Shown here piece by piece: positions 18,765 to 27,218 of a stretch of 64,000 nucleotides of DNA (position 1 is its first letter; the number at the start of each line of letters is the position of its first letter). The notes under the pieces are model-generated. The model made no database searches and was not told where the DNA came from. It saw only the letters and a program-made list of their open reading frames with translations. The DNA lies in contig CAVUJZ010000010.1 in NCBI GenBank assembly GCA_963741905.1, forward strand, positions 2,099 to 66,098. Reading direction: 5' to 3'. This DNA is from an uncultured Acidobacteriota bacterium (GTDB lineage: Bacteria > Acidobacteriota > Thermoanaerobaculia > Gp7-AA8 > CAVUJZ01). The position numbers and the translations under genes are program-made.

Positions 18765-19961
18765 TCAAACGGCGGTTGTGCTCCGATTGTTTCCGGCACC
18801 TGGCCTGAGAAACAGCAGCACTGCCGCGGCCAGGGCGAGGCCGGCCCCCGCGTGAAACGCCGTCGTGGGCGTGAAGCGTTCCCACAGCCACCCGAACAGA
18901 GCGGTTCCCGCCAGTGTGCCGAGACCGGCCGTCATTGCATAGATCCCGAAGGCCTTGCCTCGCAGCTCGCTCCGGATCGGGATGGAGATCCAGGCTCGTT
19001 CCGCCCCTTCGGTCAGGGCGAATGGAAACGCGTACACGATGAAGAGAATCAGAAAGGTGGAGCGGCTGGAGGAGAGAGGGAAGATCAGGTAGACCCCGGC
19101 GTAGATGGTCCATCCGGCGGCGAGCATCCACCGGCGGTCCATTCGATCGGAGAGAGCCCCGGCATGGGTGGAAAAGAGCGCCTTGACCGCGTGATGCGCC
19201 GCCCAGAGCAGCGGGATCCAGGCGGTCGCCACGCCCGCGTCCCGGGCGCGGAGGATCAGATAGACGTCGCTGGAGTTCGCGAGATAGAAGACGAGAATCG
19301 GCAGCAGAGAGCTCCAGAACGGTGCGGGAAGCGGTCCTCGAGCGAGGGAAAGGCGTTGCGGAGTCATCGGCTCGGTCCGCCGTTCCTTCAGGAAGAGGAA
19401 CAACATCAGGACACCGACGGCGGAGGGAATCACGGCGATGAGGAAGATGGTGCGGAACGGAAGATGGAACCATCCGAGGAGCGCCGCGGCAATCAGCGGG
19501 CCGAAGACTGCACCGGTGTGGTCCAGCGCCCGGTGGAGGCCGAACGCCCGCCCCCGATCCTCCACCGGGGTGACGTCGCAGATCATGGCGTCCCGTGGGG
19601 CGGTACGAATGCCCTTCCCGGTCCGATCGAGCAGCCGCCCGGCGAGCACCACCGGCCAGGAACCTGCCAGGGCAACGATCAGGCGGGCAACCGAGGCGGT
19701 GGCATAGCCGCCGGCGACCAGCGGCTTCCGCCGGGGCATTCGATCCGACACGTATCCGGAGATGAGCTTGAGAAATGCGCCGATCGTGTCCGCGCTGCCT
19801 TCGATCAGCCCGATCAGCAGAGGAGCCGCTCCCAGGGTACCCGCGAGGAACAGCGGTAGCAGAGGAAAGATCATGTCGCTCGAGATGTCGTTGAGCATCG
19901 CGGCGACGCCGAGGAGCACGACCTGGGGTCGGATGCGATGGCGGAGGGGCTTGCTCATCAC
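18765..19961 (-). CDS. MFS transporter
   Basis: 398 aa, about 12 hydrophobic segments, GRLLDRTGKG-type loop motif. Confidence 0.85.
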   Translation of the reverse strand: MMSKPLRHRIRPQVVLLGVAAMLNDISSDMIFPLLPLFLAGTLGAAPLLIGLIEGSADTIGAFLKLISGYVSDRMPRRKPLVAGGYATASVARLIVALAGSWPVVLAGRLLDRTGKGIRTAPRDAMICDVTPVEDRGRAFGLHRALDHTGAVFGPLIAAALLGWFHLPFRTIFLIAVIPSAVGVLMLFLFLKERRTEPMTPQRLSLARGPLPAPFWSSLLPILVFYLANSSDVYLILRARDAGVATAWIPLLWAAHHAVKALFSTHAGALSDRMDRRWMLAAGWTIYAGVYLIFPLSSSRSTFLILFIVYAFPFALTEGAERAWISIPIRSELRGKAFGIYAMTAGLGTLAGTALFGWLWERFTPTTAFHAGAGLALAAAVLLFLRPGAGNNRSTTAV

Positions 19962-20842
19962 CGATCAGCGGGGTCCGCAGCTTCGTCTTGATCCAGCCTC
20001 CAGCCGCCGCTGTAGACATTGAATCGGCCGTCGCGGACGAATCCGAGAAGCGTCATGCCCCAGGTACGGGCGAGATCGATCGCCAGGCTGGATGGCGCGC
20101 CCACCGCGGCCATCGCCGGAATCCCCGCGACCAGTGCCTTCTGGACCAGCTCGAAGCTGGCCCGTCCGCTCACCATCAGGATGTGCCGCCCGAGCGGGAC
20201 GTCTCCTCGCTCGAGCGCCGCCCCCACCAGCTTGTCGAGAGCGTTGTGGCGGCCGACGTCTTCGTGGACCGCCACGAGCGTACCCCGGGCGTCGAACAGA
20301 GCCGACGCGTGGAGCCCTCCGGTGCAGTCGAACAGCTCCTGGCGCTCGCGGAGCGCTTCCGGCAGCCGGTGAATCACCCCCGGGCCGATCCGGAAGCCGT
20401 CACGGTCGATTGGCCGGAGGCCGGTCACCCGTAGCGCCTCAATGGAGGTTTTTCCGCAAACGCCGCAGCTCGAGCTGGTGTAGAAGTGCCGCTCGAGGCG
20501 CGACAGATCCACGGCTCCTCCCTCCGCGAGCACCACACGTACCGTGTTGTGAAAACCGGAATCGGGAGCGGGAGGTCCGCAGGTCCCGATCGAGGAGATG
20601 TCCGCCGCACTCCGAACGATCGATTCTCCGAACAGAAACCCTCTGGCGAGGTGGAAGTCCTCACCGGGCGTGCGCATGGTGATCGAGATCGCCTTCTCCA
20701 GGTGCTCACCGTCTCGATCGAATGCGAGACGGATCTCCAGCGGCTCCTCGATCGCCACCAGGTCATCTGCGGAGCTTCGTCGTGAGCTGGAGATCCGCTC
20801 CACTCGAACCGGCGCCGCGGACGCTATGGGATTGCTGGCCAT
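19958..20842 (-). CDS. fdhD: Formate dehydrogenase accessory sulfurtransferase FdhD
   Basis: 294 aa. SSCGVCGK active-site motif and GGLHASALF...GRHNALDK. GGAGGA lies upstream of the ATG. Confidence 0.9.
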   Translation of the reverse strand: MASNPIASAAPVRVERISSSRRSSADDLVAIEEPLEIRLAFDRDGEHLEKAISITMRTPGEDFHLARGFLFGESIVRSAADISSIGTCGPPAPDSGFHNTVRVVLAEGGAVDLSRLERHFYTSSSCGVCGKTSIEALRVTGLRPIDRDGFRIGPGVIHRLPEALRERQELFDCTGGLHASALFDARGTLVAVHEDVGRHNALDKLVGAALERGDVPLGRHILMVSGRASFELVQKALVAGIPAMAAVGAPSSLAIDLARTWGMTLLGFVRDGRFNVYSGGWRLDQDEAADPADR

Positions 20843-20903
20843 GGATCCTCCGAATCCTACCGCGAATCTGCAGAGTTCGCGCCGGGTCGGTGAGAGGCTA
20901 AGA

Positions 20904-21071
20904 GGTGAGACGGTGAGACGGTGAGACGGTGAGACGGTGAGACGGTGAGACGGTGAGACGGTGAGACGGTGAGACGGTGAGACGGTGAGATGGTGAGACG
21001 GTGAGACGGTGAGACGGTGAGACGGTGAGACGGTGAGACGGTGAGACGGTGAGACGGTGAGACGGTGAGAC
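20904..21071. repeat. Short tandem repeat array A: (GGTGAGAC) x 21
   Basis: 168 bp of perfect 8-bp units with a single variant (GGTGAGAT near 20990). A degenerate copy lies at 20889-20896. Confidence 0.95.
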
Positions 21072-21150
21072 GGGTGGCCCCGGGGGGGAGCCGGAGGCCC
21101 AACGCCAACCAGACGTGCCTCCCACCCTCCACGCCCGATCTACTTCTAAC

Positions 21151-21347
21151 CTCCAACCTCTAACCTCCAACCTCCAACCTCCAACCTCCAACCTCCAACC
21201 TCCAACCTCCAACCTCCAACCTCCAACCTCCAACCTCCAACCTCCAACCTCCAACCTCCAACCTCCAACCTCCAACCTCCAACCTCTAACCTCCAACCTC
21301 CAACCTCTCAACCTCTAACCTCTAACCTCTAACCTCTAACCTCTAAC
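21151..21347. repeat. Short tandem repeat array B: (CTCCAAC)n core flanked by CTCTAAC variants, about 28 units
   Basis: 197 bp = 27 units of 7 bp plus one 8-bp variant (CTCTCAAC), read directly. Confidence 0.95.
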
Positions 21348-21455
21348 CTTTCACCTTCTGCCAGGCGATCCCTCCGATTCCGGGCCCGCACCTTCCCCCG
21401 GACCGTGCTCCCCGATATGATTCGCCCCGCAAACAACTGAAGAAGGGAGTATCTG

Positions 21456-22337
21456 ATGGCAGACATCAAGAAGGTCGGAGTGCTCGGCTGTGGGCTGATG
21501 GGCTCCGGAATCACTCAGATCGCGGCCCAGGCCGGGTATCAGACGGTGGTGGCCGAGGTCGAACAGAAGTTTCTCGACAAGGGACGGGCGGGGATCGAGA
21601 AGAGTCTCGGCCGTTTCGTCGAAAAGGGAAAAATGACCGCGGAGGATCGCGACGCATGCCTCGGACGGGTCCAGACCACCACGAAGCTGGAGGATCTGGC
21701 GGAGTGCGACATCGTGGTCGAAGCGATCGTGGAGAATGCCGAGGTGAAGCGATCCACCTACTCGGCGATCGACAGCATCGTGAAAAAGGATGCGATTTTC
21801 GCATCCAATACCTCCTCGCTGACGATCACCGAGCTGTCGATGGCCACGGCTCGGCCGAAGCAGTTCGTGGGGCTGCACTTTTTCAACCCGGTGCCGATGA
21901 TGAAGCTCGTCGAGGTGGTTCGAACGATCCTCACCTCGGATGAGACCTTCGACCGAGCGTTCGCCTTCGCGAAGTCGCTCGGCAAGGAACCGATCGCCTG
22001 CCGCGACAACTCCGGATTCATCGTCAACCGTCTGCTGGTGCCCTATCTTCTCGATGCGATCCGGGCCTACGAAGAGGGCGTCGGCTCGATCGAGGACATC
22101 GACAAGGGGATGGTGCTCGGCTGCGGTTATCCGATGGGCCCGTTCACCCTGCTCGACTTCGTCGGACTCGATACCACCTACTACATCACCGAGGTGATGT
22201 TCGAGGAGTATCACGAAAAGCGGTTCTCTTCGCCTCCGCTGCTCCGCAAGATGGTGCTGGCAGGCCGGCACGGCCGGAAGAGCGGCGCAGGGTTCTACGA
22301 CTACTCCGGCGAAAAGCCGGTGGCGATGGATCGGTAG
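21456..22337 (+). CDS. hbd: 3-hydroxybutyryl-CoA (3-hydroxyacyl-CoA) dehydrogenase
   Basis: VGVLGCGLMGSGI Rossmann motif, HFFNPVPMMKLVEV, 293 aa. Confidence 0.9.
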   Translation: MADIKKVGVLGCGLMGSGITQIAAQAGYQTVVAEVEQKFLDKGRAGIEKSLGRFVEKGKMTAEDRDACLGRVQTTTKLEDLAECDIVVEAIVENAEVKRSTYSAIDSIVKKDAIFASNTSSLTITELSMATARPKQFVGLHFFNPVPMMKLVEVVRTILTSDETFDRAFAFAKSLGKEPIACRDNSGFIVNRLLVPYLLDAIRAYEEGVGSIEDIDKGMVLGCGYPMGPFTLLDFVGLDTTYYITEVMFEEYHEKRFSSPPLLRKMVLAGRHGRKSGAGFYDYSGEKPVAMDR

Positions 22338-22460
22338 TTCTGGAGTTCTGGAGTTCTGGAGTTCTGGAGTTCCGAGTTCTGAAGTTCTGGAGTTCCGGAG
22401 TTCCGAGTTCTGAAGTTGTGGAGTTCTGAAGTTGTGGAGTTCTGGAGTTGGAGTTCTGGA
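22337..22460. repeat. Short tandem repeat array C: (GTTCTGGA)n, about 16 units with variants (GTTCCGA, GTTCTGAA, GTTGTGGA, GTTGGA)
   Basis: Starts on the last base of the hbd stop codon TAG (22335-22337) and ends 10 bp before the crt SD. Confidence 0.95.
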
Positions 22461-22482
22461 GCTGGCGAGTGAGGAGGAACTG

Positions 22483-23274
22483 GTGGGATACGAGAATCTG
22501 GAAAATGTGAAGACGGAGAATCGGGACGGGATCCTGGTCGTCACCATCGACAGGCCGAAGGTTCTGAATGCGCTCAACGCGCAGACGGTCGAAGAGATCG
22601 GCCGGATCTTCGACGAGGCGCGGGACGATGCCGCGGTCAGGGCGGTGATCGTGACCGGTGGTGGTGAGAAGGCATTCGTGGCCGGCGCGGACATCAACGA
22701 ACTGGCGAAGAAGGATCCGAACAGCGGGAAGATCACCTCGGAGCGCGGCCAGCAGATTCTTTCGCGGATGGAGCGGTTTCCGAAGATCGTCATCGCGGCG
22801 ATCAACGGTTTCGCTCTGGGCGGAGGATGCGAGATCGCCCTGGCCTGCCACATCCGGATCGCCTCGGACAAGGCCCAGATCGGACTGCCCGAGGTGACCC
22901 TCGGGATCATTCCGGGATACGGCGGCACGCAGCGGATGGCCCGGCTTCTCGGAAAGGCGAAAGCGCTGGAGCTGATCTGCACGGGTGAAAAGATCCGGGC
23001 GGACGAGGCCGAAAAAATCGGCCTGGTGAACCGGGTCGTTCCGGCGGAATCGTTGATGGAAGAGTGCGAGAAGATGGCGAGAACCATCATGTCTCGGGGC
23101 CCGCTGGCCGTGCGTGCGGCGATCGAGGCGATCAACAGCGGCATGGAGATGCCTTTCGAGGAGGGACAGTTCCTCGAGGCGACGCTGTTCGGGCTCCTCT
23201 GTGCTTCAGAGGACCAGAAGGAAGGGATGAACGCGTTTCTGGAGAAGCGGCCGGCAGAGTTCAAGGGAAAGTAG
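22483..23274 (+). CDS. Enoyl-CoA hydratase (crotonase family)
   Basis: I chose GTG 22483 because GAGGAGGA lies at 22471-22478. The track start at 22432 lies inside the repeat array. Motifs: VTGGGEKAFVAGADI, ALGGGCEIALAC, AFLEKRPAEF. Confidence 0.85.
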   Translation: MGYENLENVKTENRDGILVVTIDRPKVLNALNAQTVEEIGRIFDEARDDAAVRAVIVTGGGEKAFVAGADINELAKKDPNSGKITSERGQQILSRMERFPKIVIAAINGFALGGGCEIALACHIRIASDKAQIGLPEVTLGIIPGYGGTQRMARLLGKAKALELICTGEKIRADEAEKIGLVNRVVPAESLMEECEKMARTIMSRGPLAVRAAIEAINSGMEMPFEEGQFLEATLFGLLCASEDQKEGMNAFLEKRPAEFKGK

Positions 23275-23365
23275 GTTGTTCGAATCGCCGTGCGGGCCGG
23301 GGAAGTTCATTCCGCCGGCCCGCGTTGACGAAGGGTACCGAAATCAGCTCCCGGGGGAACGATCG

Positions 23366-24616
23366 ATGGAAGAGCGAGTCGACGATCTGATCTATGACTG
23401 GAATGTGGCCGGCGAGAAGCCGGTCTACCCGGGGCGTCCGATCCAGTTCGATGACGAGACGCTGCGGGACGGGCTCCAGTCCCCGTCAGTCAAGGATCCT
23501 TCGATCGAGGAAAAGCTCCGGATCCTCCATTTCATGGAAGAGATCGGGGTGGATTCTGCCGACATCGGTCTTCCGGGCGCCGGTCCGCACGTTCAGGCGA
23601 CCGTGCAGCGTCTGGCCGAGGAAATTCGCGATCAGAAGATGAAGGTCGCGGCGAACTGTGCGGCCCGGACGCATCAGAACGACATTCGACCGATCGCCGA
23701 GATCTCGCAGCGGGTGGGGATTCCCATCGAGGCCTGTACCTTCATCGGTTCCTCCCCGATCCGTCAGTTTGCCGAGGAATGGGATCTCGACTGGCTGCTG
23801 GAGCAGACGACCAAAGCGGTTCGATTCGCGGTGGGCGAGGGACTTCCGGTGATGATGGTCACCGAGGACACCATCCGGGCGAAGCCCGAGGACGTGGAGA
23901 AGATCTACACCGCGGCCATCGAAGCCGGTGCGACCCGCGTTTGTGTTTGCGATACGGTCGGCCACGCGACCCCCTGGGGCGCGCGGAATCTGGTGCGCTT
24001 CGTTCGTGGCATCGTCGAGCGGGTCAATCCGGAGGTGGGCATCGACTGGCACGGGCACTCGGACCGGGGGCTGGGGGTGATCAATACCATTGGAGCGATC
24101 GAGGGCGGTGCCGACCGGGTTCACGGCTGCGCTCTCGGGATCGGCGAACGGGTCGGCAACACTCCGATCGATCTGTTGATGGTCAACCTCAAGCTCCTGG
24201 GCTGGATCGACAACGACCTGCACAGCCTCCCTGAATATGTGAAGTTCGTCTCCCGGGCGACGGATGTGATGCTGACGGATCAGTATCCGGTCTTCGGGCG
24301 GGACGCTTTTCGCACCGGAACCGGTGTTCATGCGGCGGCGATCATCAAGGCGAAGATGAAGGGGAGCGACTGGCTTGCGGACCGCGTCTACTCCGGAGTT
24401 CCGGCGGGAGAGTTCGGCCTGGAGCAGATCATCGAGGTCGGGCCGATGTGCGGCCTGTCGAATGTCATTTACTGGCTGCAGGTTCACGGGTATCCTCAGG
24501 AGGAAGATCTGGCGAAAGAGATCTTTGGCAAAGCAAAATCCTCGAACCGGATTCTGACGGACGAGGAGCTTCACGGGGCCGCGCGCCGCTGGCTCGACCT
24601 GCAGGCGACGGGGTGA
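23366..24616 (+). CDS. LeuA/HMGL-like family protein (2-isopropylmalate/homocitrate synthase-like aldolase-type TIM barrel)
   Basis: [12 protein letters not shown] and [28 protein letters not shown] motifs. ATG 23366 preceded by GGGGGA. Exact substrate not determinable. Confidence 0.75.
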   Translation: MEERVDDLIYDWNVAGEKPVYPGRPIQFDDETLRDGLQSPSVKDPSIEEKLRILHFMEEIGVDSADIGLPGAGPHVQATVQRLAEEIRDQKMKVAANCAARTHQNDIRPIAEISQRVGIPIEACTFIGSSPIRQFAEEWDLDWLLEQTTKAVRFAVGEGLPVMMVTEDTIRAKPEDVEKIYTAAIEAGATRVCVCDTVGHATPWGARNLVRFVRGIVERVNPEVGIDWHGHSDRGLGVINTIGAIEGGADRVHGCALGIGERVGNTPIDLLMVNLKLLGWIDNDLHSLPEYVKFVSRATDVMLTDQYPVFGRDAFRTGTGVHAAAIIKAKMKGSDWLADRVYSGVPAGEFGLEQIIEVGPMCGLSNVIYWLQVHGYPQEEDLAKEIFGKAKSSNRILTDEELHGAARRWLDLQATG

Positions 24617-24943
24617 GTGGTGAGAGTGAGCGGTGAGAAGTGAGCGGTGAGAAGTGAGCGGTGAGAAGTGAGCGGTGAGAAGTGAGCGGTGAGAGTGAGC
24701 GGTGAGAAGTGAGCGGTGAGAAGTGAGCGGTGAGAGAGTGAGCGGTGAGAAGTGAGCGGTGAGAGTGAGCGGTGAGAAGTGAGCGGTGAGAAGTGAGCGG
24801 TGAGAAGTGAGCGGTGAGAAGTGAGCGGTGAGAAGTGAGCGGTGAGAAGTGAGCGGTGAGAAGTGAGCGGTGAGAAGTGAGCGGTGAGAAGTGAGCGGTG
24901 AGAAGTGAGCGGTGAGAAGTGAGCGGTGAGAAGTGAGCGGTGA
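24613..24943. repeat. Tandem repeat array D: (GTGAGCGGTGAGAA)n, about 23.6 units of 14 bp with a few 13- and 15-bp variants
   Basis: The first unit contains the TGA stop (24614-24616) of the upstream gene. An inverted partial unit at 24972-24983 pairs with 24930-24941 (12 bp). Confidence 0.95.
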
Positions 24944-25003
24944 TCGGTCGCACGGCAGAACAGTCGTCTCGACCGCTCACTTCTGACCTCTCGCCGTCTT
25001 TCT

Positions 25004-25090
25004 GCCCGAGTGGCGAAATTGGTAGACGCAGCAGACTCAAAATCTGCCGTCCTCCCGGACATGCCGGTTCGAGTCCGGCCTCGGGCACCA
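25004..25090 (+). tRNA. tRNA-Leu (anticodon CAA), long variable arm, encoded CCA
   Basis: Acceptor GCCCGAG/CTCGGGC, anticodon stem-loop GCAGA-CTCAAAA-TCTGC, variable arm GTCC..GGAC, T arm GCCGG-TTCGAGT-CCGGC, then A-CCA. Confidence 0.9.
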
Positions 25091-25262
25091 CGCGTGTGGT
25101 GTTGAACAAGGCACCTGACTTCTGGAGCCCTACATCAGGGTTTGCCATTTGCACCGGCAGGACCCGATCGGATGGAGCCGCCCTGACGGCGCCCCGAAAC
25201 GAGAGCTGATTCCGCGAGTGGAACTGCAGACGAACGGACCGCCGGAGGTGGGCGAGACCACC

Positions 25263-27194
25263 ATGCTCGGGAGGCGAACCCGCCCTTCCGAGATGCCTCG
25301 TATTGCCGTGGTGCTGCGGTGGAGCATCGGCGTCGTCGGAGTTGGAGTTCTTGCCGTTCTCCTGGTCTGGTTCCCTCCCTTCTCGTTCCGCGATTTCGTC
25401 GCGTATGCCGTTTCCATGGCAGTGCTGGAGTCATTCTTTGCGGTCCGGCTCAGTCCGGGAAGCTCATTCGTGCTGAGTGGTACGTTTCTGATCGCCTACT
25501 TCAGCATCCACGGCGGAATCGCGGCGGCGGCGCTGGTCGCCGTCGTCCGGCTGGTGGTCTGGATCGTTCAGCGTCTCACCGGGACACGGCATCAGACGCT
25601 TCTGTTCGCCCTGTTCGACCTCGGGCAGCACATTCTCGCGACGCTGATCGCAGCGGCATCGGTCCAGGTGCTGCTGAACCTGCCCACCCTGCGGCTCGCT
25701 GCATGGAGCCGTCCGGTGACCGGATCGGCTCTGTTTGCCGGAGTCTTTCTCGTGGCCGGAGCGGGCCTTGCCTCTCTGGCGGTCTACTCGAGGTTCGGAT
25801 TCTTCGACGTCCGGACCCGGCTCTGGCCTACCACGACGTTCTGGTCCGCGGTCAGTCTGGCGGCGAGTCTGCCGCTGGCCATCCTCACTCTTTATCTCGG
25901 ACGGCCCATCGGGTACGACACTGCCGCGTTCGTCATGCTGGCACTTCTCGCGACCATCTCTCTGATCCTGGGGCTCAATGCGGGCCTGCGGAAAGGGAAT
26001 CACGAGCTGAAAACGATCAACAGGATCGGAAACCTGCTCAATGCCACCCTCGATACCGGGGAGCTTTCCCGGATCGTGGCCAGGGAGAGCCGTGCGGTCA
26101 TCCGCTGGGACCTGTTCTCCATCGCTCTGCCTGTTGCGGGTGCCGAGAAGTTCGAGATGGTCTTCATCTCCCGCACCGGGGATGAACTGGCGCGTCGGAC
26201 GCTGCCGCGCGGGCGCGGGCTGACCGGAGAAGCCATCGAGAGGGGGACCCTGGTTTCCTGGGAGGGGAACGGAGACGAGACGCCCCTGGTGTTCGACACG
26301 CTGCTCAGCGAACGGCGGCCGCAGTCGATCGTGGTTGCTCCGATGAAATTCGGCGAGGAGGTGATCGGTGCGATTGCGTTGCAGAGTTTCGAGGAGAACG
26401 TCTACGGCAGGTCTCAGCGCCGCCTGGTGGAGACCATCGCCGGTCAGGCCGCCATTGCCATCCGGAACGCGCAGCTGTTCGAGAGTGAGGAAAAGGCGAA
26501 ACAGGAAAGAAACGAGTTTCTCTCGCTGGTCACTCATGAGATCAAGAACCCCTTGACCTCGATCCGGGGATATGCGGAGATCCTGTCGGATGGCATCTCC
26601 CGCGGAAGCATGGATGGAGCGCAGGAATCGATTACCGTCATCCGGGAGGAAGCGGAGCGGATTCTCCGGCTGACCGAGGACCTGCTCGACGCGTCGAAGA
26701 TGGCCGCCGGACACTTCCGGGTGGAGCCCGGAGAGGTGGATCTGGTGTCGATCGCCTCGGGTGTGGTGAGTCGTTACGCACGAACCGCATCCCAGTCGAT
26801 TGCTCTGGAGTGCGAGACGCGGGAACTGCGGATTCGGGGCGATGGCGTCCGTCTGGGGCAGGTTCTGGAGAATCTGGTGTCCAACGCGGTGAAGTATTCG
26901 TCCCCGCAAGGAACCATCCGGCTGGGGATCGAGATGCGGGGTGAGCGGGTGCGACTGGTGGTCGAAGACGAGGGCGAAGGAATCTCGCCTGAGAAGCTGC
27001 CGTTGATCTTCGAGAGGTTCTACCGGGTGAGTGAAGGAGAGTCCGAGATCAAGGGCACGGGTCTGGGTCTGTTCATCACCCGGGAGATCGTCCGCATGCA
27101 TGGTGGCACCATCGAGGCCGAGTCGGTTCCTGGCGAAGGAACACGGTTCATCGTCGAGCTGCCGCTCGGCGAGAGCTCCTCGACCGGACCCTGA
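25263..27194 (+). CDS. Sensor histidine kinase: multi-TM N-terminal domain, GAF domain, HisKA, HATPase_c
   Basis: H-box HEIKNPLTSIRGY, N box LENLVSNAVKY, G boxes EDEGEGI and GTGLGL. I prefer the start at ATG 25263 over the track's 25149, which abuts the tRNA. Confidence 0.85.
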   Translation: MLGRRTRPSEMPRIAVVLRWSIGVVGVGVLAVLLVWFPPFSFRDFVAYAVSMAVLESFFAVRLSPGSSFVLSGTFLIAYFSIHGGIAAAALVAVVRLVVWIVQRLTGTRHQTLLFALFDLGQHILATLIAAASVQVLLNLPTLRLAAWSRPVTGSALFAGVFLVAGAGLASLAVYSRFGFFDVRTRLWPTTTFWSAVSLAASLPLAILTLYLGRPIGYDTAAFVMLALLATISLILGLNAGLRKGNHELKTINRIGNLLNATLDTGELSRIVARESRAVIRWDLFSIALPVAGAEKFEMVFISRTGDELARRTLPRGRGLTGEAIERGTLVSWEGNGDETPLVFDTLLSERRPQSIVVAPMKFGEEVIGAIALQSFEENVYGRSQRRLVETIAGQAAIAIRNAQLFESEEKAKQERNEFLSLVTHEIKNPLTSIRGYAEILSDGISRGSMDGAQESITVIREEAERILRLTEDLLDASKMAAGHFRVEPGEVDLVSIASGVVSRYARTASQSIALECETRELRIRGDGVRLGQVLENLVSNAVKYSSPQGTIRLGIEMRGERVRLVVEDEGEGISPEKLPLIFERFYRVSEGESEIKGTGLGLFITREIVRMHGGTIEAESVPGEGTRFIVELPLGESSSTGP

Positions 27195-27218
27195 TTGCCT
27201 CATGGAGAATGACCACAG

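Noticed and set aside
20857-21318. ORFs encoding RLTVSPSH, GWRLEV and PPTSNLQ peptide repeats (and the [14 protein letters not shown] ORFs at 24465-25154)
   Set aside because: These are translations of the microsatellite arrays. They have no start context, and one overlaps the tRNA.
21351-23264. 637-aa minus-strand ORF
   Set aside because: It lies antisense to hbd and crt and reads through repeat array C. It is a shadow ORF.
20904-24943. Short repeat arrays as CRISPR
   Set aside because: The units are contiguous with no unique spacers, are only 7-14 bp long, and have no cas genes nearby.
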